A DNA stretch of 64,000 bases from a virus. Position numbers and translations under genes: made by a program. The notes beneath the pieces are model-generated. The model made no database searches. It saw only the letters and a program-made list of their open reading frames with translations, and was not told where the DNA came from. The stretch lies in the IMG/VR virus record IMGVR_UViG_3300010343_000004; one strand, given 5' to 3'. Shown in pieces: positions 45,543 through 54,630 of this stretch (positions are counted from its first letter, which is position 1; each line of letters opens with the position of its first letter).

Positions 45543-46547
45543 ATGGCGCATAAAGTTCTGCTCGGCGACTGGTTGGCTCACGCAGTCTCCGACCCCGACA
45601 AGGAGGGCGGCTGCAACGCGTTCGTGATGCACCACACCATCGCGGGCGGCAAGAAGGGCGACTTCGTCCACAAGATGGCCCGCGGCTCGAGCGAGTGGGA
45701 CCTGAAAAAGGTCGAAGAGGTGCTCGAGGCGAAGGCCGCCATGTTCGTGCAAGAGAAGCCTGGCCGACAGGTCTTCCGCGTTTACCCTTTCTACGGCGGT
45801 CGCGGGGAAGCCGAGGGGTACTTCGAGTTCAGCAAGGAGCGCCAAGAGGAGGGCGTGGGCTCGCTCACCGAGGAGCCGGACATCCGCGGGCAGACCAGCC
45901 AGCAGATGCGCCACAACGAGGCGCTTGGCGGGCTGTACGTGAGCGGCATCAACCAGCTCATGGGCCACATGCTGGAGCACAACCGTCAACTCGCGCAGGA
46001 GGCCTCGGATCTCCGCCGCGACAACTCGCAGAACTTCGAGACCATGAAGGGCATGGTCCTGCAGATGGAGAGCCACGCGCACGAGATGAAGATGCGCGAG
46101 ATGGAGTTCGAGCGGACGAGTGTCTTTTTCCGCAAGGCCTCCGAGCTTGCGGCGCCGCTCCTCAATACGCTCACCGGCCGTGAGATCGTCCCGCAGAGCT
46201 TCGCAGACTCGCAACTGCTCGAGGCGATCGTCGTGCACATGGCCGCGCAAGAGGACGGAACGGGCAGCGGCGATGCGCTCTACAAGATGATGGAGACCTT
46301 CCCGCAGCACATCCAAGTCTCGATCATGGCCCGCGCGTCCGAGATCATGAAGAAGAAGCGCCTCGAGAGAGAGGAGATCGCGCGGATGAACCCCTTCCGC
46401 GACCCTGCCGCCGACGCCGCCGGCGAGGTGGCTGGCAAAGTCTTCGAGCAACAGAATGGCAGCACTCCCGGCGCCCCCGGCGCCCCCCTTGGCGACGTCT
46501 GGGCGAGCCTTGCGCACGGCGTGAACGGGTCTGGCGCAGCAGTCTGA
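45543..46547 (+). CDS. coiled-coil hypothetical protein
   Basis: Central heptad-rich helix. Confidence 0.7.
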   Translation: MAHKVLLGDWLAHAVSDPDKEGGCNAFVMHHTIAGGKKGDFVHKMARGSSEWDLKKVEEVLEAKAAMFVQEKPGRQVFRVYPFYGGRGEAEGYFEFSKERQEEGVGSLTEEPDIRGQTSQQMRHNEALGGLYVSGINQLMGHMLEHNRQLAQEASDLRRDNSQNFETMKGMVLQMESHAHEMKMREMEFERTSVFFRKASELAAPLLNTLTGREIVPQSFADSQLLEAIVVHMAAQEDGTGSGDALYKMMETFPQHIQVSIMARASEIMKKKRLEREEIARMNPFRDPAADAAGEVAGKVFEQQNGSTPGAPGAPLGDVWASLAHGVNGSGAAV

Positions 46548-46567
46548 GCTGCTAGAATTGCCCTGCC

Positions 46568-46741
46568 ATGCCCACCCCCCAAGAACAAGACAAGGCCGAT
46601 GCGGAACTCTTCCGCGCCGTGCTCAAGGCGCTGACCAACGAGAGGAACCGAAACCTTCTCGTGCAGATGGGAGCCGCGCTCCCCCCGAACCTCATCCCCC
46701 CGCTCATGCAGCGTGGTCGGGAGATCGCCGAAGGAAGGTAA
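46568..46741 (+). CDS. small helical protein (57 aa, not in track)
   Basis: MPTPQEQDKADAELFRAVLKAL...; fills the gap. Confidence 0.55.
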   Translation: MPTPQEQDKADAELFRAVLKALTNERNRNLLVQMGAALPPNLIPPLMQRGREIAEGR

Positions 46742-46749
46742 AGAGGCCG

Positions 46750-47001
46750 ATGAAGAGGGCACCCCGGAGCGGCCGGCGTATCGTCAAGCGCTTGCAAGAG
46801 CGTACCTACGAGGGCGTGCCTTACAGGCGCTACTCGGTGCGTTTCAAGACCGTGAGCGGCAAGCGTGTGCGCGTGTACTTCTGGTCGCCAGGTCCCCCGT
46901 GGATCGGTGAAGAGGTCACCCGCATGTTGAACGACCGCGGCGACGTGCCTGCGGGCAGCGACATCATCGTCGAGGAGGCGATGGAGCCAAGCGTGTCATG
47001 A
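46750..47001 (+). CDS. leader-bearing small protein
   Basis: MKRAPRSGRRIVKRL. Confidence 0.65.
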   Translation: MKRAPRSGRRIVKRLQERTYEGVPYRRYSVRFKTVSGKRVRVYFWSPGPPWIGEEVTRMLNDRGDVPAGSDIIVEEAMEPSVS

Positions 47002-47264
47002 GAAAAACTACCTTTGACGTCGTCACCCGGCTGCAAACGGCCGCTCGCCGGCGCGCACCGACCGACGCCGAGCTCAGCGAGAGAGGCCTCGCGGCCCTCG
47101 CGGCTGCCAGAAAGGGTGCCGACCTCTACATCTTCCGCGGGGGAGGCTGGCAGCTTGCCACCCCGGCCGAGCGGGCCCACGCCGAAGAGCTGGCTTTGCA
47201 TAACCCCATAAGTCTCGTAATCTATGCAGCAATGCCAGCGAAAAGGCGCCGCCGCCGGAGATAA
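46998..47264 (+). CDS. leader-bearing small protein
   Basis: MRKTTFDVVTRL. Confidence 0.6.
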   Translation: MRKTTFDVVTRLQTAARRRAPTDAELSERGLAALAAARKGADLYIFRGGGWQLATPAERAHAEELALHNPISLVIYAAMPAKRRRRRR

Positions 47265-47268
47265 GCCC

Positions 47269-47616
47269 ATGCTCGACAACCCCAGTGCCACCGTCGTGGC
47301 AACCCCTGCAGAAGCGGACTCACCACGCTTGTCCGCTTCCACCGTGACCGGTGGAGAAGTCCGCGCGAGGCTGCGTTCACCCGCCGCGGACGCGCCGAAG
47401 CGCGAGCTCTACGCCGTCGCCGTCGAGGTCTTGCTCAAGGCGACCGGCGAGTGGATCCCGGACATCCGCTACACGCACGCCGTCGACCCGCAGGCGGCGA
47501 AGTACGAGATCCTCCGCTGCATCCGGTGGCGCACCGAGAGCTGCCGCGTCGTCGGTGTCTCGCGCGTCATCGGGTACAAGGTGATGGACAAGAAGGGTCT
47601 CATCCTCGCGGTGTGA
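47269..47616 (+). CDS. hypothetical protein
   Basis: Start MLDNPS. Confidence 0.6.
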   Translation: MLDNPSATVVATPAEADSPRLSASTVTGGEVRARLRSPAADAPKRELYAVAVEVLLKATGEWIPDIRYTHAVDPQAAKYEILRCIRWRTESCRVVGVSRVIGYKVMDKKGLILAV

Positions 47617-47618
47617 TG

Positions 47619-48790
47619 GTAATCAACCCCGGCCTAAAGGCCGGAGCTTTGCAGATCAAGTCCATGGCTCACAACCACTTCAACCATGTCCGCGTACGGC
47701 CGGATTACTTCGGCCCGGCTCGCAATTACGCGAGCCGCGTTGACGTCGGCGTCCGCAGTGTGGCCGCACGAGAGGCACGCGAACACATCGCGAGTCTTGC
47801 GGTTGGCCTTCTCGGTGTGACCGCAGACGCGGCACTCTCGAGAAGTGTTTCGCGGGTCGACGTAGCAGATGGGGAGCCCTGCACGCGCGGCCTTGTAGAC
47901 AATCTTCGCCTGAAGGTCGCCGAAGGCCCACGAGTGAAGGACGCGTCGCTGAGACCTGGAAGCCCTTATCCGCGAGCGGATGCCGTCGAGGTTTTCGAGG
48001 GCGATGCCGCGCGAGGTGCGTTCGGCCGTAGCGACAATCTGCTTGCTGATGCAGTGATTCACGTGTGTCGAGAAGCGGCTCTCCTTGATACGCCGTTTGC
48101 GAAGCAGTCGCTTCGCGCTCTTGGTGCCCTTGGACTGGAGTCGTTGTCGGAGCTTGACGGCACGACGCCGGAGAGCGTTCAGGCTCGAGCCACTGAAGTT
48201 GTCACCGTCACTCGTCGTGGCGATGTTGACGATGCCCACGTCGACACCAAGCCAACCGAGGGTCTTCTTCTCCTCGGTGTCCAGCACCTCGACAGAGACG
48301 AAGAGGTAGAAATTCGAGTCTCGGAGAACCAGATCGGTCTCGCCCCGGTCGTAGCCGAGAAGTGTGCGTTGATGCTCGCCGCAGACGAATGGAATCACCT
48401 GACGGCCCGAAAGCGTCCAGAGATTCGCAGTGTCATCCTTCCAGGACAGGATGCGGGCGTCGTACGCGATCGAACCCAGCGGTCGAAAGCTCCGCTTCCT
48501 CTTCTTGTCGAGCTTGTAGGCGTCGGCCACCTTCGCCGTCGCGCGGACGATCATCTGCGAGGACAGATCGGGAAAAGCTGCTCGTGCAGCCACGTAGACG
48601 ATCTTGTGCAAGGCAAACTGCCGGAAGATCTGTTCGTCCCACGCTTTGGTGGAGATCCAGTCGCACGCCTCATTCGCGCGCCGCATCGTCACCGTGAGGG
48701 ACGCCGCCTGCTCGGCGGTCGGCTGAAGCTTCACTTGCACGACAAGCTTCACCACGGTGGTGTATCACACTCAAGACTTGAAGCAACACC
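47619..48790 (-). mobile_element. TnpB-only IS200/IS605-family (IS1341-like) element; ends approximate
   Basis: Right-end hairpin CCGGCCT-AA-AGGCCGG (47629-47644) overlapping the tnpB stop; no tnpA; inserted intergenically on the opposite strand. Confidence 0.75.
47634..48755 (-). CDS. tnpB: RNA-guided endonuclease TnpB
   Basis: RuvC GVDVG / IALENL / ADVNAA; Zn ribbon CRVCG...CLSCG; N-terminal HTH. Confidence 0.95.
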   Translation of the reverse strand: MVKLVVQVKLQPTAEQAASLTVTMRRANEACDWISTKAWDEQIFRQFALHKIVYVAARAAFPDLSSQMIVRATAKVADAYKLDKKRKRSFRPLGSIAYDARILSWKDDTANLWTLSGRQVIPFVCGEHQRTLLGYDRGETDLVLRDSNFYLFVSVEVLDTEEKKTLGWLGVDVGIVNIATTSDGDNFSGSSLNALRRRAVKLRQRLQSKGTKSAKRLLRKRRIKESRFSTHVNHCISKQIVATAERTSRGIALENLDGIRSRIRASRSQRRVLHSWAFGDLQAKIVYKAARAGLPICYVDPRNTSRECRVCGHTEKANRKTRDVFACLSCGHTADADVNAARVIASRAEVIRPYADMVEVVVSHGLDLQSSGL

Positions 48791-48800
48791 CAGAGGTTAG

Positions 48801-49097
48801 ATGAGCTCCGCCCGCCACATCGCGAAGAGGCTCGAGAGCCGCGGGAAGCCGCTGCCGGACGACCTTCGGTCAGTCCTTGGCAGCCTCGCGCACAATCGTG
48901 GATTCTCGAGCAAGGAGCTTGGCGAGTACATCCGCTTTCGAGGCCCCAGCATGGGCATCAGCCTCTCCTTCGAGGGATGGAGCAGCGCTAGCCTGATCCG
49001 CCACCTCGTCGCGGAGGGGCTCATCCAATCGACAACCAAAGGTCACTACTACCCGACCGAAAAGGGGTGGCGCTGGATTGAAGGAGGCACGCGATGA
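48801..49097 (+). CDS. leader-bearing winged-helix-like protein
   Basis: MSSARHIAKRL; LVAEGLIQ...YYPTEKG. Confidence 0.7.
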   Translation: MSSARHIAKRLESRGKPLPDDLRSVLGSLAHNRGFSSKELGEYIRFRGPSMGISLSFEGWSSASLIRHLVAEGLIQSTTKGHYYPTEKGWRWIEGGTR

Positions 49098-49789
49098 TCT
49101 GGTATTGGGTCGGCGGCACAGCCGCAGCAGGGACGCTCGCGTGGTGGATGTGGCCGAGCGAGAAGCCGAGGTCGTCGGTGCAGCACCTCGTGCCGAAGGC
49201 GGACGAGCATCTCTTGCCGACGACGCCGCAGCACAAGCCGGCGCTGCTCACTCGGTTGAAGACCGAGGGAGCCGCCGTGGAGGCCGCGAAGGTTCTTTAC
49301 CGGTCGCTCCGGGCAGGGAGCGCCCCACCGGTGCTCGTCGCTGCGTTCCAGCGCGCGACGGATACCGACCCCGCGAGCCGTGAGCTCATCGGACCGATCC
49401 CGGTCACCGGGATCTACGACCCGAGAACGTCCGCCGCGTTGACGATGTACACGGAAGACCCCGTCCCGGCACATCCGTCGGTCCCCGACACCCCGCACCC
49501 CACGACACCGGCTGCGATCCTGTCGATGGAGATCCCCGGCACTGCGACCTTCGCGGGTTCGAACCTCTACGTGTACCTGCTCGCGCGTGGCAGGGACGGA
49601 AGCAAGGCCCTCGGCGACCTGACGAGGCGCTTCCAGCAGGCCGTCAACTCCGACCCGAAGTTCCCCGGCCCCGCGAACAAGAACGGTCTGCCCGTCCTCA
49701 TCCCCGACCCGCTCAAGGTCGACGGCGACCCCGGTCCGAAGACGATGCGGGCGCTAGGCATCGTCACCCCCACGCAGCTGAGGGTCTGA
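49094..49789 (+). CDS. membrane-anchored protein with degenerate peptidoglycan-binding motifs
   Basis: N-terminal TM; RRFQQAVN...LKVDGDPGPKTMRAL. Confidence 0.7.
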   Translation: MIWYWVGGTAAAGTLAWWMWPSEKPRSSVQHLVPKADEHLLPTTPQHKPALLTRLKTEGAAVEAAKVLYRSLRAGSAPPVLVAAFQRATDTDPASRELIGPIPVTGIYDPRTSAALTMYTEDPVPAHPSVPDTPHPTTPAAILSMEIPGTATFAGSNLYVYLLARGRDGSKALGDLTRRFQQAVNSDPKFPGPANKNGLPVLIPDPLKVDGDPGPKTMRALGIVTPTQLRV

Positions 49790-49796
49790 GATCGCC

Positions 49797-50072
49797 ATGA
49801 AGCGTGCACCGAAGAGCGGGGTCAACGTCGCCAGGCGCCTCCAGAAGCGCGCCAGACGACAGCCGACCGGTGTGGAGGCCCTCGGCATCATCCGGTGGAT
49901 GCGGCGGTGGCACCGCGAATTCGCGCGACCCGCGGACCGGCGAGTTGAACGCGGGCGGCGATGGTCGAGGCGTGGGACCGAGAGAACGCGGGCGGCGCGG
50001 CGACCCTCCGCCCGGACCCGCGTCGCGTGGGATCTCGCTGTGAAGGTCGCCGAGCAAGTCCGAGGAAGGTAG
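49797..50072 (+). CDS. leader-bearing small protein
   Basis: MKRAPKSGVNVARRL. Confidence 0.65.
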   Translation: MKRAPKSGVNVARRLQKRARRQPTGVEALGIIRWMRRWHREFARPADRRVERGRRWSRRGTERTRAARRPSARTRVAWDLAVKVAEQVRGR

Positions 50073-50081
50073 GTGAGAGTC

Positions 50082-50204
50082 ATGGCAAAGAAGAGCGCGA
50101 AGTCCGTCACGAAGAAGCTCTCGGAGAAGAGCAGCAGCAAGAAGTTCATGAAGGGGGGCAAGCAGTACGAGCATGTCTCTTCCTACGTGAGGAGATCGAG
50201 GTAG
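50082..50204 (+). CDS. leader-bearing 40-aa basic peptide (not in track)
   Basis: MAKKSAKSVTKKL. Confidence 0.6.
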   Translation: MAKKSAKSVTKKLSEKSSSKKFMKGGKQYEHVSSYVRRSR

Positions 50205-50206
50205 CG

Positions 50207-50341
50207 ATGAGCCCGCGGACCGTCACCATCCCGGCGAGCGTCGCCCTCTTCGGCTTAGGCTGGATGTGGGTCGGCTTCTGGCCGACGTTGGTGCTCACGG
50301 TCATCGCGCCAGCCCTCATCGAAGAGTGGGGCAATCCATGA
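50207..50341 (+). CDS. small membrane protein, paralogue of 51342-51551
   Basis: LFGLGWMWVGFWPTLVLTV. Confidence 0.65.
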   Translation: MSPRTVTIPASVALFGLGWMWVGFWPTLVLTVIAPALIEEWGNP

Positions 50342-50649
50342 GCAGTGCACACAGTGTTGTCAGCAAGCTCGCCTCGAAGGCCGCGAGCTTCTTCACCCGC
50401 CACGGCGACACTTGGCTGGCCCGCGTCACGTACGCTAACGGCAAGAACTACGACTGGGGCATCAAGCAGATCGGCGAGAGGTTCATCGTGGAGGCCAAGA
50501 GCGGCACGAGCATCCTCCAGGTGAAGGAGAGATTCTATACGCTCTCGAAGGCGCAGAAGTTCGCCGCGAGGTTCATCGAGAGGGCAGATGGTGAGCACCT
50601 CTTGAAGGCCGCCGTCGACAAGAACAAGTTCAGCTTCGTCAAGGGCTGA
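50338..50649 (+). CDS. leader-bearing small protein
   Basis: MSSAHSVVSKL. Confidence 0.7.
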   Translation: MSSAHSVVSKLASKAASFFTRHGDTWLARVTYANGKNYDWGIKQIGERFIVEAKSGTSILQVKERFYTLSKAQKFAARFIERADGEHLLKAAVDKNKFSFVKG

Positions 50650-50663
50650 GGGGGCAAGACGAG

Positions 50664-50864
50664 ATGGCATCCGCAAAGACCGTCGCACACCACCTCACCT
50701 ACGGGGGCAAGCGGGACTACCCGAAGATCGACATCTTCCACGACGGACAGTACGCCGGGACCACGACCTGGGCGCGCACATGCAAGGAAGCCAGAAAGCA
50801 GTGGCTGAAGGCTCACCCGGACGCGTACGCGAGCAAGACCACCGCCAGGTTCCAGCGGCGATAG
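50664..50864 (+). CDS. leader-bearing small protein
   Basis: MASAKTVAHHL. Confidence 0.7.
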   Translation: MASAKTVAHHLTYGGKRDYPKIDIFHDGQYAGTTTWARTCKEARKQWLKAHPDAYASKTTARFQRR

Positions 50865-50972
50865 AAGAAAGAGAGAAGAAACCATGAACCTTATCCAAGA
50901 CCCCCAACTCTCATTCGAGGATGCGCTTCGCGGCTCTGGTATCCGCGGCCACCTCGCAGGAACGAGGTAGCC

Positions 50973-51320
50973 GTGGCATCCGGAAAGAACGTCGCAGACC
51001 GCCTGAAGAACGCACGCAGCAAGAGCGCCAAGCTCCTCGCGCGCGGTGCGAAGATCGAGGCGCGGCTCGTCGCCCCGAAGACGAAGCTTGACCTCGTCGT
51101 CGCGCAGATGAACGACATCGCGCTCCGCAAGGAGAAGCTCCGGCAGAAGGGCGGCCCGGGCACGCGCGAGAAGATCGCGAAGCTCTCCACCCGCGAGGCT
51201 CGGCTCTCCACGCGCCGCGCGAAGCTCGAGAAGCGGGTGGCACCGTACCTCGCCCGCCTCGAGAAGATTCGCGGGGGGCTCGAGAAGCACACCGCTACCA
51301 TCCAGCGTAACGGAGGCTAG
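50973..51320 (+). CDS. leader-bearing basic coiled-coil protein
   Basis: MASGKNVADRL. Confidence 0.7.
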   Translation: MASGKNVADRLKNARSKSAKLLARGAKIEARLVAPKTKLDLVVAQMNDIALRKEKLRQKGGPGTREKIAKLSTREARLSTRRAKLEKRVAPYLARLEKIRGGLEKHTATIQRNGG

Positions 51321-51341
51321 GCGGCGAAGGCTTCGGTCATC

Positions 51342-51551
51342 ATGGACATTCCGACGACAGAAGCGACGTGGGAACTCGACCCCACGACCCGTACCGTGGT
51401 CCTCTTCGGCCTTGGCTGGGCGTGGATCGGCTTCTGGCCGTCGCTCTTTTTGACCGTCGTCGGCCCCGGGATCACCGCGAGGTACTGGAAAGGGAGCGAG
51501 TCCTCCCCCGCGTTCCAGCAGCGTGTACTCGAACTCTCGAGGGCGGCGTGA
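51342..51551 (+). CDS. small membrane protein, paralogue of 50207-50341
   Basis: LFGLGWAWIGFWPSLFLTV. Confidence 0.65.
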   Translation: MDIPTTEATWELDPTTRTVVLFGLGWAWIGFWPSLFLTVVGPGITARYWKGSESSPAFQQRVLELSRAA

Positions 51552-51627
51552 ATAACTCCGGCTCCCTGCGCGTCCTATGGAGTGGCCCGAACCAGTCGGG
51601 TCGCCACGTCCACTCCAGGAGTCTCCC

Positions 51628-52101
51628 ATGAGCAGTTCTCGCGACGTCGCGGCGCGTCTCGCCGCGCGGACAAGCAAGGACCCGATGAGCGCTCAGGCCT
51701 TCGCTACGCTCCTTTCCTCTCTCGCTCCGAAGGAGCGTCAGACGATCGTCAAGATCGAGGAGCCATGGTCCGGCCAGAGTTCCACCATCGTCCGCGTCTA
51801 CTTCATCAACCTGCCTGCCGGCATCGGCGGCGCGGGCGGTGGCGCAGAAGAGTTCAACAACCGTGCGCTCTTCTCGGTCAGTGGATTCCCGCGTGACCCG
51901 TCTCTGGCGGCCGCGAAGGTGAAGATCGAGCAGTCGCAGAGCGTCTTTCAACGGAGTCACCGAACAGGTGTCCCATCGGTCCCTTTCCGCGCGAAGAGCG
52001 GACCGCCTGGCGTTATCGCGCGCTACCTCGCCGAATACATGGCCGATGTCGTGGTGCACGTCCCGCCGCACTTTACCCACACCGGCAAGCTGGAGGTCTG
52101 A
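51628..52101 (+). CDS. leader-bearing protein
   Basis: MSSSRDVAARL. Confidence 0.7.
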   Translation: MSSSRDVAARLAARTSKDPMSAQAFATLLSSLAPKERQTIVKIEEPWSGQSSTIVRVYFINLPAGIGGAGGGAEEFNNRALFSVSGFPRDPSLAAAKVKIEQSQSVFQRSHRTGVPSVPFRAKSGPPGVIARYLAEYMADVVVHVPPHFTHTGKLEV

Positions 52102-52102
52102 G

Positions 52103-52375
52103 ATGATGCGTCGAAGCGCGAAGAGAATTGCCCATTCACTCGCTCGCCGTCCGGGCGTGGGCATCGGCAAGCTCCGGAGCATGCGAGGTGGAGCCTATTA
52201 CACGGTCGTCATCCCGTACGTGACGGTGGGCCGAACCGCATGGCATCCCACGGATCCCAGCTTTGCACCCATCACCCGGGGCGCGTTCAAGACGGCGAAG
52301 CTCGCCCGCGCGTGGGCCGTCAAGCATCTCGGACAGCACGCGCAGTTTGGCCTCCGAAAGTTCGAAGGAAGCTGA
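52103..52375 (+). CDS. leader-bearing small protein
   Basis: MMRRSAKRIAHSL. Confidence 0.7.
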   Translation: MMRRSAKRIAHSLARRPGVGIGKLRSMRGGAYYTVVIPYVTVGRTAWHPTDPSFAPITRGAFKTAKLARAWAVKHLGQHAQFGLRKFEGS

Positions 52376-52384
52376 GAAAAGACC

Positions 52385-52687
52385 ATGAGCGCGAATAGAG
52401 TCACGAACAAGCTCGCGCGCCGAAGGCGGGGCGCGTCCGAGCGGCTTTTCATCGGCGTCTACCCGACCGGGATCGTCTACGCTGACCGCTCGCGCGAGAA
52501 GCACGGTGACTACGCCCGCTGCGGGTTTCTTCCGTTCAGCACGCTCGTGCTGGAACTCAAGTCCGACTGTCCGAAGGCGCTCCGGGCGCTCATCGAGAAG
52601 GATGCCGCGCGCCTGCAGGCCCGACGCGGCGAGCAGTACCAGGTCTCGGCGAGCGGCCAGACCATCACCCTCGGACACGGACGATGA
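52385..52687 (+). CDS. leader-bearing small protein
   Basis: MSANRVTNKL; FIGVYPTGIVYADR...HGDY. Confidence 0.75.
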   Translation: MSANRVTNKLARRRRGASERLFIGVYPTGIVYADRSREKHGDYARCGFLPFSTLVLELKSDCPKALRALIEKDAARLQARRGEQYQVSASGQTITLGHGR

Positions 52688-53016
52688 CTGCGCGCGTCGT
52701 CGCAAAGAAGCTCGAGGACCGCCTCTTCCGCTACGCAGACGGAGTGATGACGGAGCGGCAATGGATCGAGCGGTACGCCGATCGACTCGAAGAGGCGCGC
52801 ACCATCGTGGAGGACTTCTACAACCGGCGGAAGTTTAGCAGCCTCGAAGGACGAGCACAGGACGAATACATGAAGAGGCTCCACGCGAAAGCGGGCAAGC
52901 CTGTCTACCGTGCGCATCGCCGTGGTGGGAGCTCCTTCCAGGAAGTCAGCAAGAAGAGCTTCGACTGGGCCGCCCACACCCTCGGCCTCCCGGTAACGTT
53001 CAAGGAGAGGTCATGA
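52684..53016 (+). CDS. leader-bearing small protein
   Basis: MTARVVAKKL. Confidence 0.75.
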   Translation: MTARVVAKKLEDRLFRYADGVMTERQWIERYADRLEEARTIVEDFYNRRKFSSLEGRAQDEYMKRLHAKAGKPVYRAHRRGGSSFQEVSKKSFDWAAHTLGLPVTFKERS

Positions 53017-53381
53017 GCGCGAAGAGAGTCACGAGCAAGCTCGCGAGTCGGTCACGCCACGTTGCGGGTCGGTCACCACGCCACGCGAAGACGAGGGCGG
53101 TCACCATCGTCGGCCGGAGGTGGTTCGACCGCGCCAACGGCAACACGTACTACTCGTCCGAGATCTACGTGAACGGCAAGTTTGTCCACAAGATCCCTTT
53201 CGCCTACGGCTACGGCTCGATGTACGAGCAGGACGCCGCGGAGTGGCTGATCGATCACGGGTACATCAAGGCCGAGAAGTACGCGAGCGGCGGGTACCCT
53301 CCGCTCTGGCAGCTCGCCGAGAAGCTGGGCTTTCACAAGGAGACGCCGGTCAGCGACGTCGCCCGGAAGAAGGACCTCTGA
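53013..53381 (+). CDS. leader-bearing small protein
   Basis: MSAKRVTSKL; GRRWFD..NGNTY...YGYG. Confidence 0.75.
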   Translation: MSAKRVTSKLASRSRHVAGRSPRHAKTRAVTIVGRRWFDRANGNTYYSSEIYVNGKFVHKIPFAYGYGSMYEQDAAEWLIDHGYIKAEKYASGGYPPLWQLAEKLGFHKETPVSDVARKKDL

Positions 53382-53656
53382 TGGCGTCTTCCAAGCGAGT
53401 CACGAAGAAGCTCTCTGCGCGCAAGAAGCATGCAGCTTCTGAGCGCGCTTGGAACGAGCGAGCTGTCAGGATCCACGACGCGGGGGCGGAACTCGTCGCG
53501 GACGCGATGGAGCTTCAGCACGGACGCGAGAATCTCCAGGTCGACCGTGAGCACGGGCGGGAGTGGGTCACGTGCAAGCGATGCGGCAGACAGTTCGCGA
53601 TCCACGGCAACCAGGCCGAGGTCGTGTCCGAGGGAGACGGCTACTGCGGGCGATAA
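53381..53656 (+). CDS. leader-bearing zinc-ribbon protein
   Basis: MASSKRVTKKL; CKRCG. Confidence 0.7.
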   Translation: MASSKRVTKKLSARKKHAASERAWNERAVRIHDAGAELVADAMELQHGRENLQVDREHGREWVTCKRCGRQFAIHGNQAEVVSEGDGYCGR

Positions 53657-53672
53657 CCCAGAGGAGTAGACG

Positions 53673-54143
53673 ATGTTCGAGTTCTTCACAAGGCAACCGC
53701 TCTGGGCGAAGGCCGCGATCGCCCTCGGCACCGGTGCGGTGGGCTATTACGGCTACCAATACTTCGCCGGTCCCTCGGAGAGCCGCCGTGTGCCGAGGGG
53801 CGGCATGGGACCCGTCGATGCGGCGGCGTCGCTGCCGGGGCCCGGTGCTGCCTCCCCAGCACCAGAGCTCGGCCCGACGTACGGCCCGCAGACGATCCAG
53901 GGAACGCTGCAGGTCGCTCCCGACTTCGTCGAGTACGACCAGGTCTCGAGCGCGTGGGTCCCGCTGCCCGAGCACGAGTGGCACCGCCGCTTCGGCGAGT
54001 TCGTCTCGCGAAACGGGTACGCACCGCCGCACATGGCCCGGCCTGCGCCGTTCATGGCCAGACCGGCGCCGCCCATGATGCGGAGCGCGCCGCCCATGGC
54101 CCGGCCGGCGCCACCCTCCGGCCATCACCAGATCCGTCCGTAG
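53673..54143 (+). CDS. membrane-anchored Pro-rich protein (no leader)
   Basis: AAIALGTGAVGYYGY; MARPAP repeats. Confidence 0.7.
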   Translation: MFEFFTRQPLWAKAAIALGTGAVGYYGYQYFAGPSESRRVPRGGMGPVDAAASLPGPGAASPAPELGPTYGPQTIQGTLQVAPDFVEYDQVSSAWVPLPEHEWHRRFGEFVSRNGYAPPHMARPAPFMARPAPPMMRSAPPMARPAPPSGHHQIRP

Positions 54144-54153
54144 GAGGCAAGCC

Positions 54154-54630
54154 ATGCCGAGCTCCAGCGACATCGTCGACCGGCTGTCCTACGCCCGCGC
54201 TCACGCGAGCGCGTACGTCGCCGTCGAGTTCGACCTCGCGCTCGGCGAACGGACGGGCCGGCAGATGGTCTTCGACGCGGGCAGCATGAGCGAGGCCGCG
54301 CGAAAGCTCGCGTACACGCTGAACCTCTCCTCCTCCGGCTGGCGCGTCTCGCGGTCGGGCCGCACCGTCAGCAAGATGGAGGGAGACATCGGCTGGAACC
54401 TCGTCAAGGCAGAGTCCCCCGTCGCCAAAAACCTCGGCGAAGAGCACCGCGAGGAAGTGGCCAAGCAAGAGCGCGAGCAGCTCGAGGAGGTCCTCGGGGC
54501 GGAGGAGGCCGAGCCGCTCGAAGGCGAGGCCCACGAAGAGGACGAGCTCGAGGACGAGGACGAGGGCGAGGGCGAGGACGAGAGCGACGAAGAAGAGGAC
54601 GACGAAGACGAAGAAGAGGAGCGGACGTGA
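54154..54630 (+). CDS. leader-bearing protein with long acidic tail
   Basis: MPSSSDIVDRL; D/E-rich tail of about 45 aa. Confidence 0.75.
   Translation: MPSSSDIVDRLSYARAHASAYVAVEFDLALGERTGRQMVFDAGSMSEAARKLAYTLNLSSSGWRVSRSGRTVSKMEGDIGWNLVKAESPVAKNLGEEHREEVAKQEREQLEEVLGAEEAEPLEGEAHEEDELEDEDEGEGEDESDEEEDDEDEEEERT

Noticed and set aside
47610-48770. GTGTGAT / ATCACAC as terminal inverted repeats of the IS
   Set aside because: Only 7 bp, and IS200/IS605 elements use subterminal hairpins rather than TIRs; likely chance.
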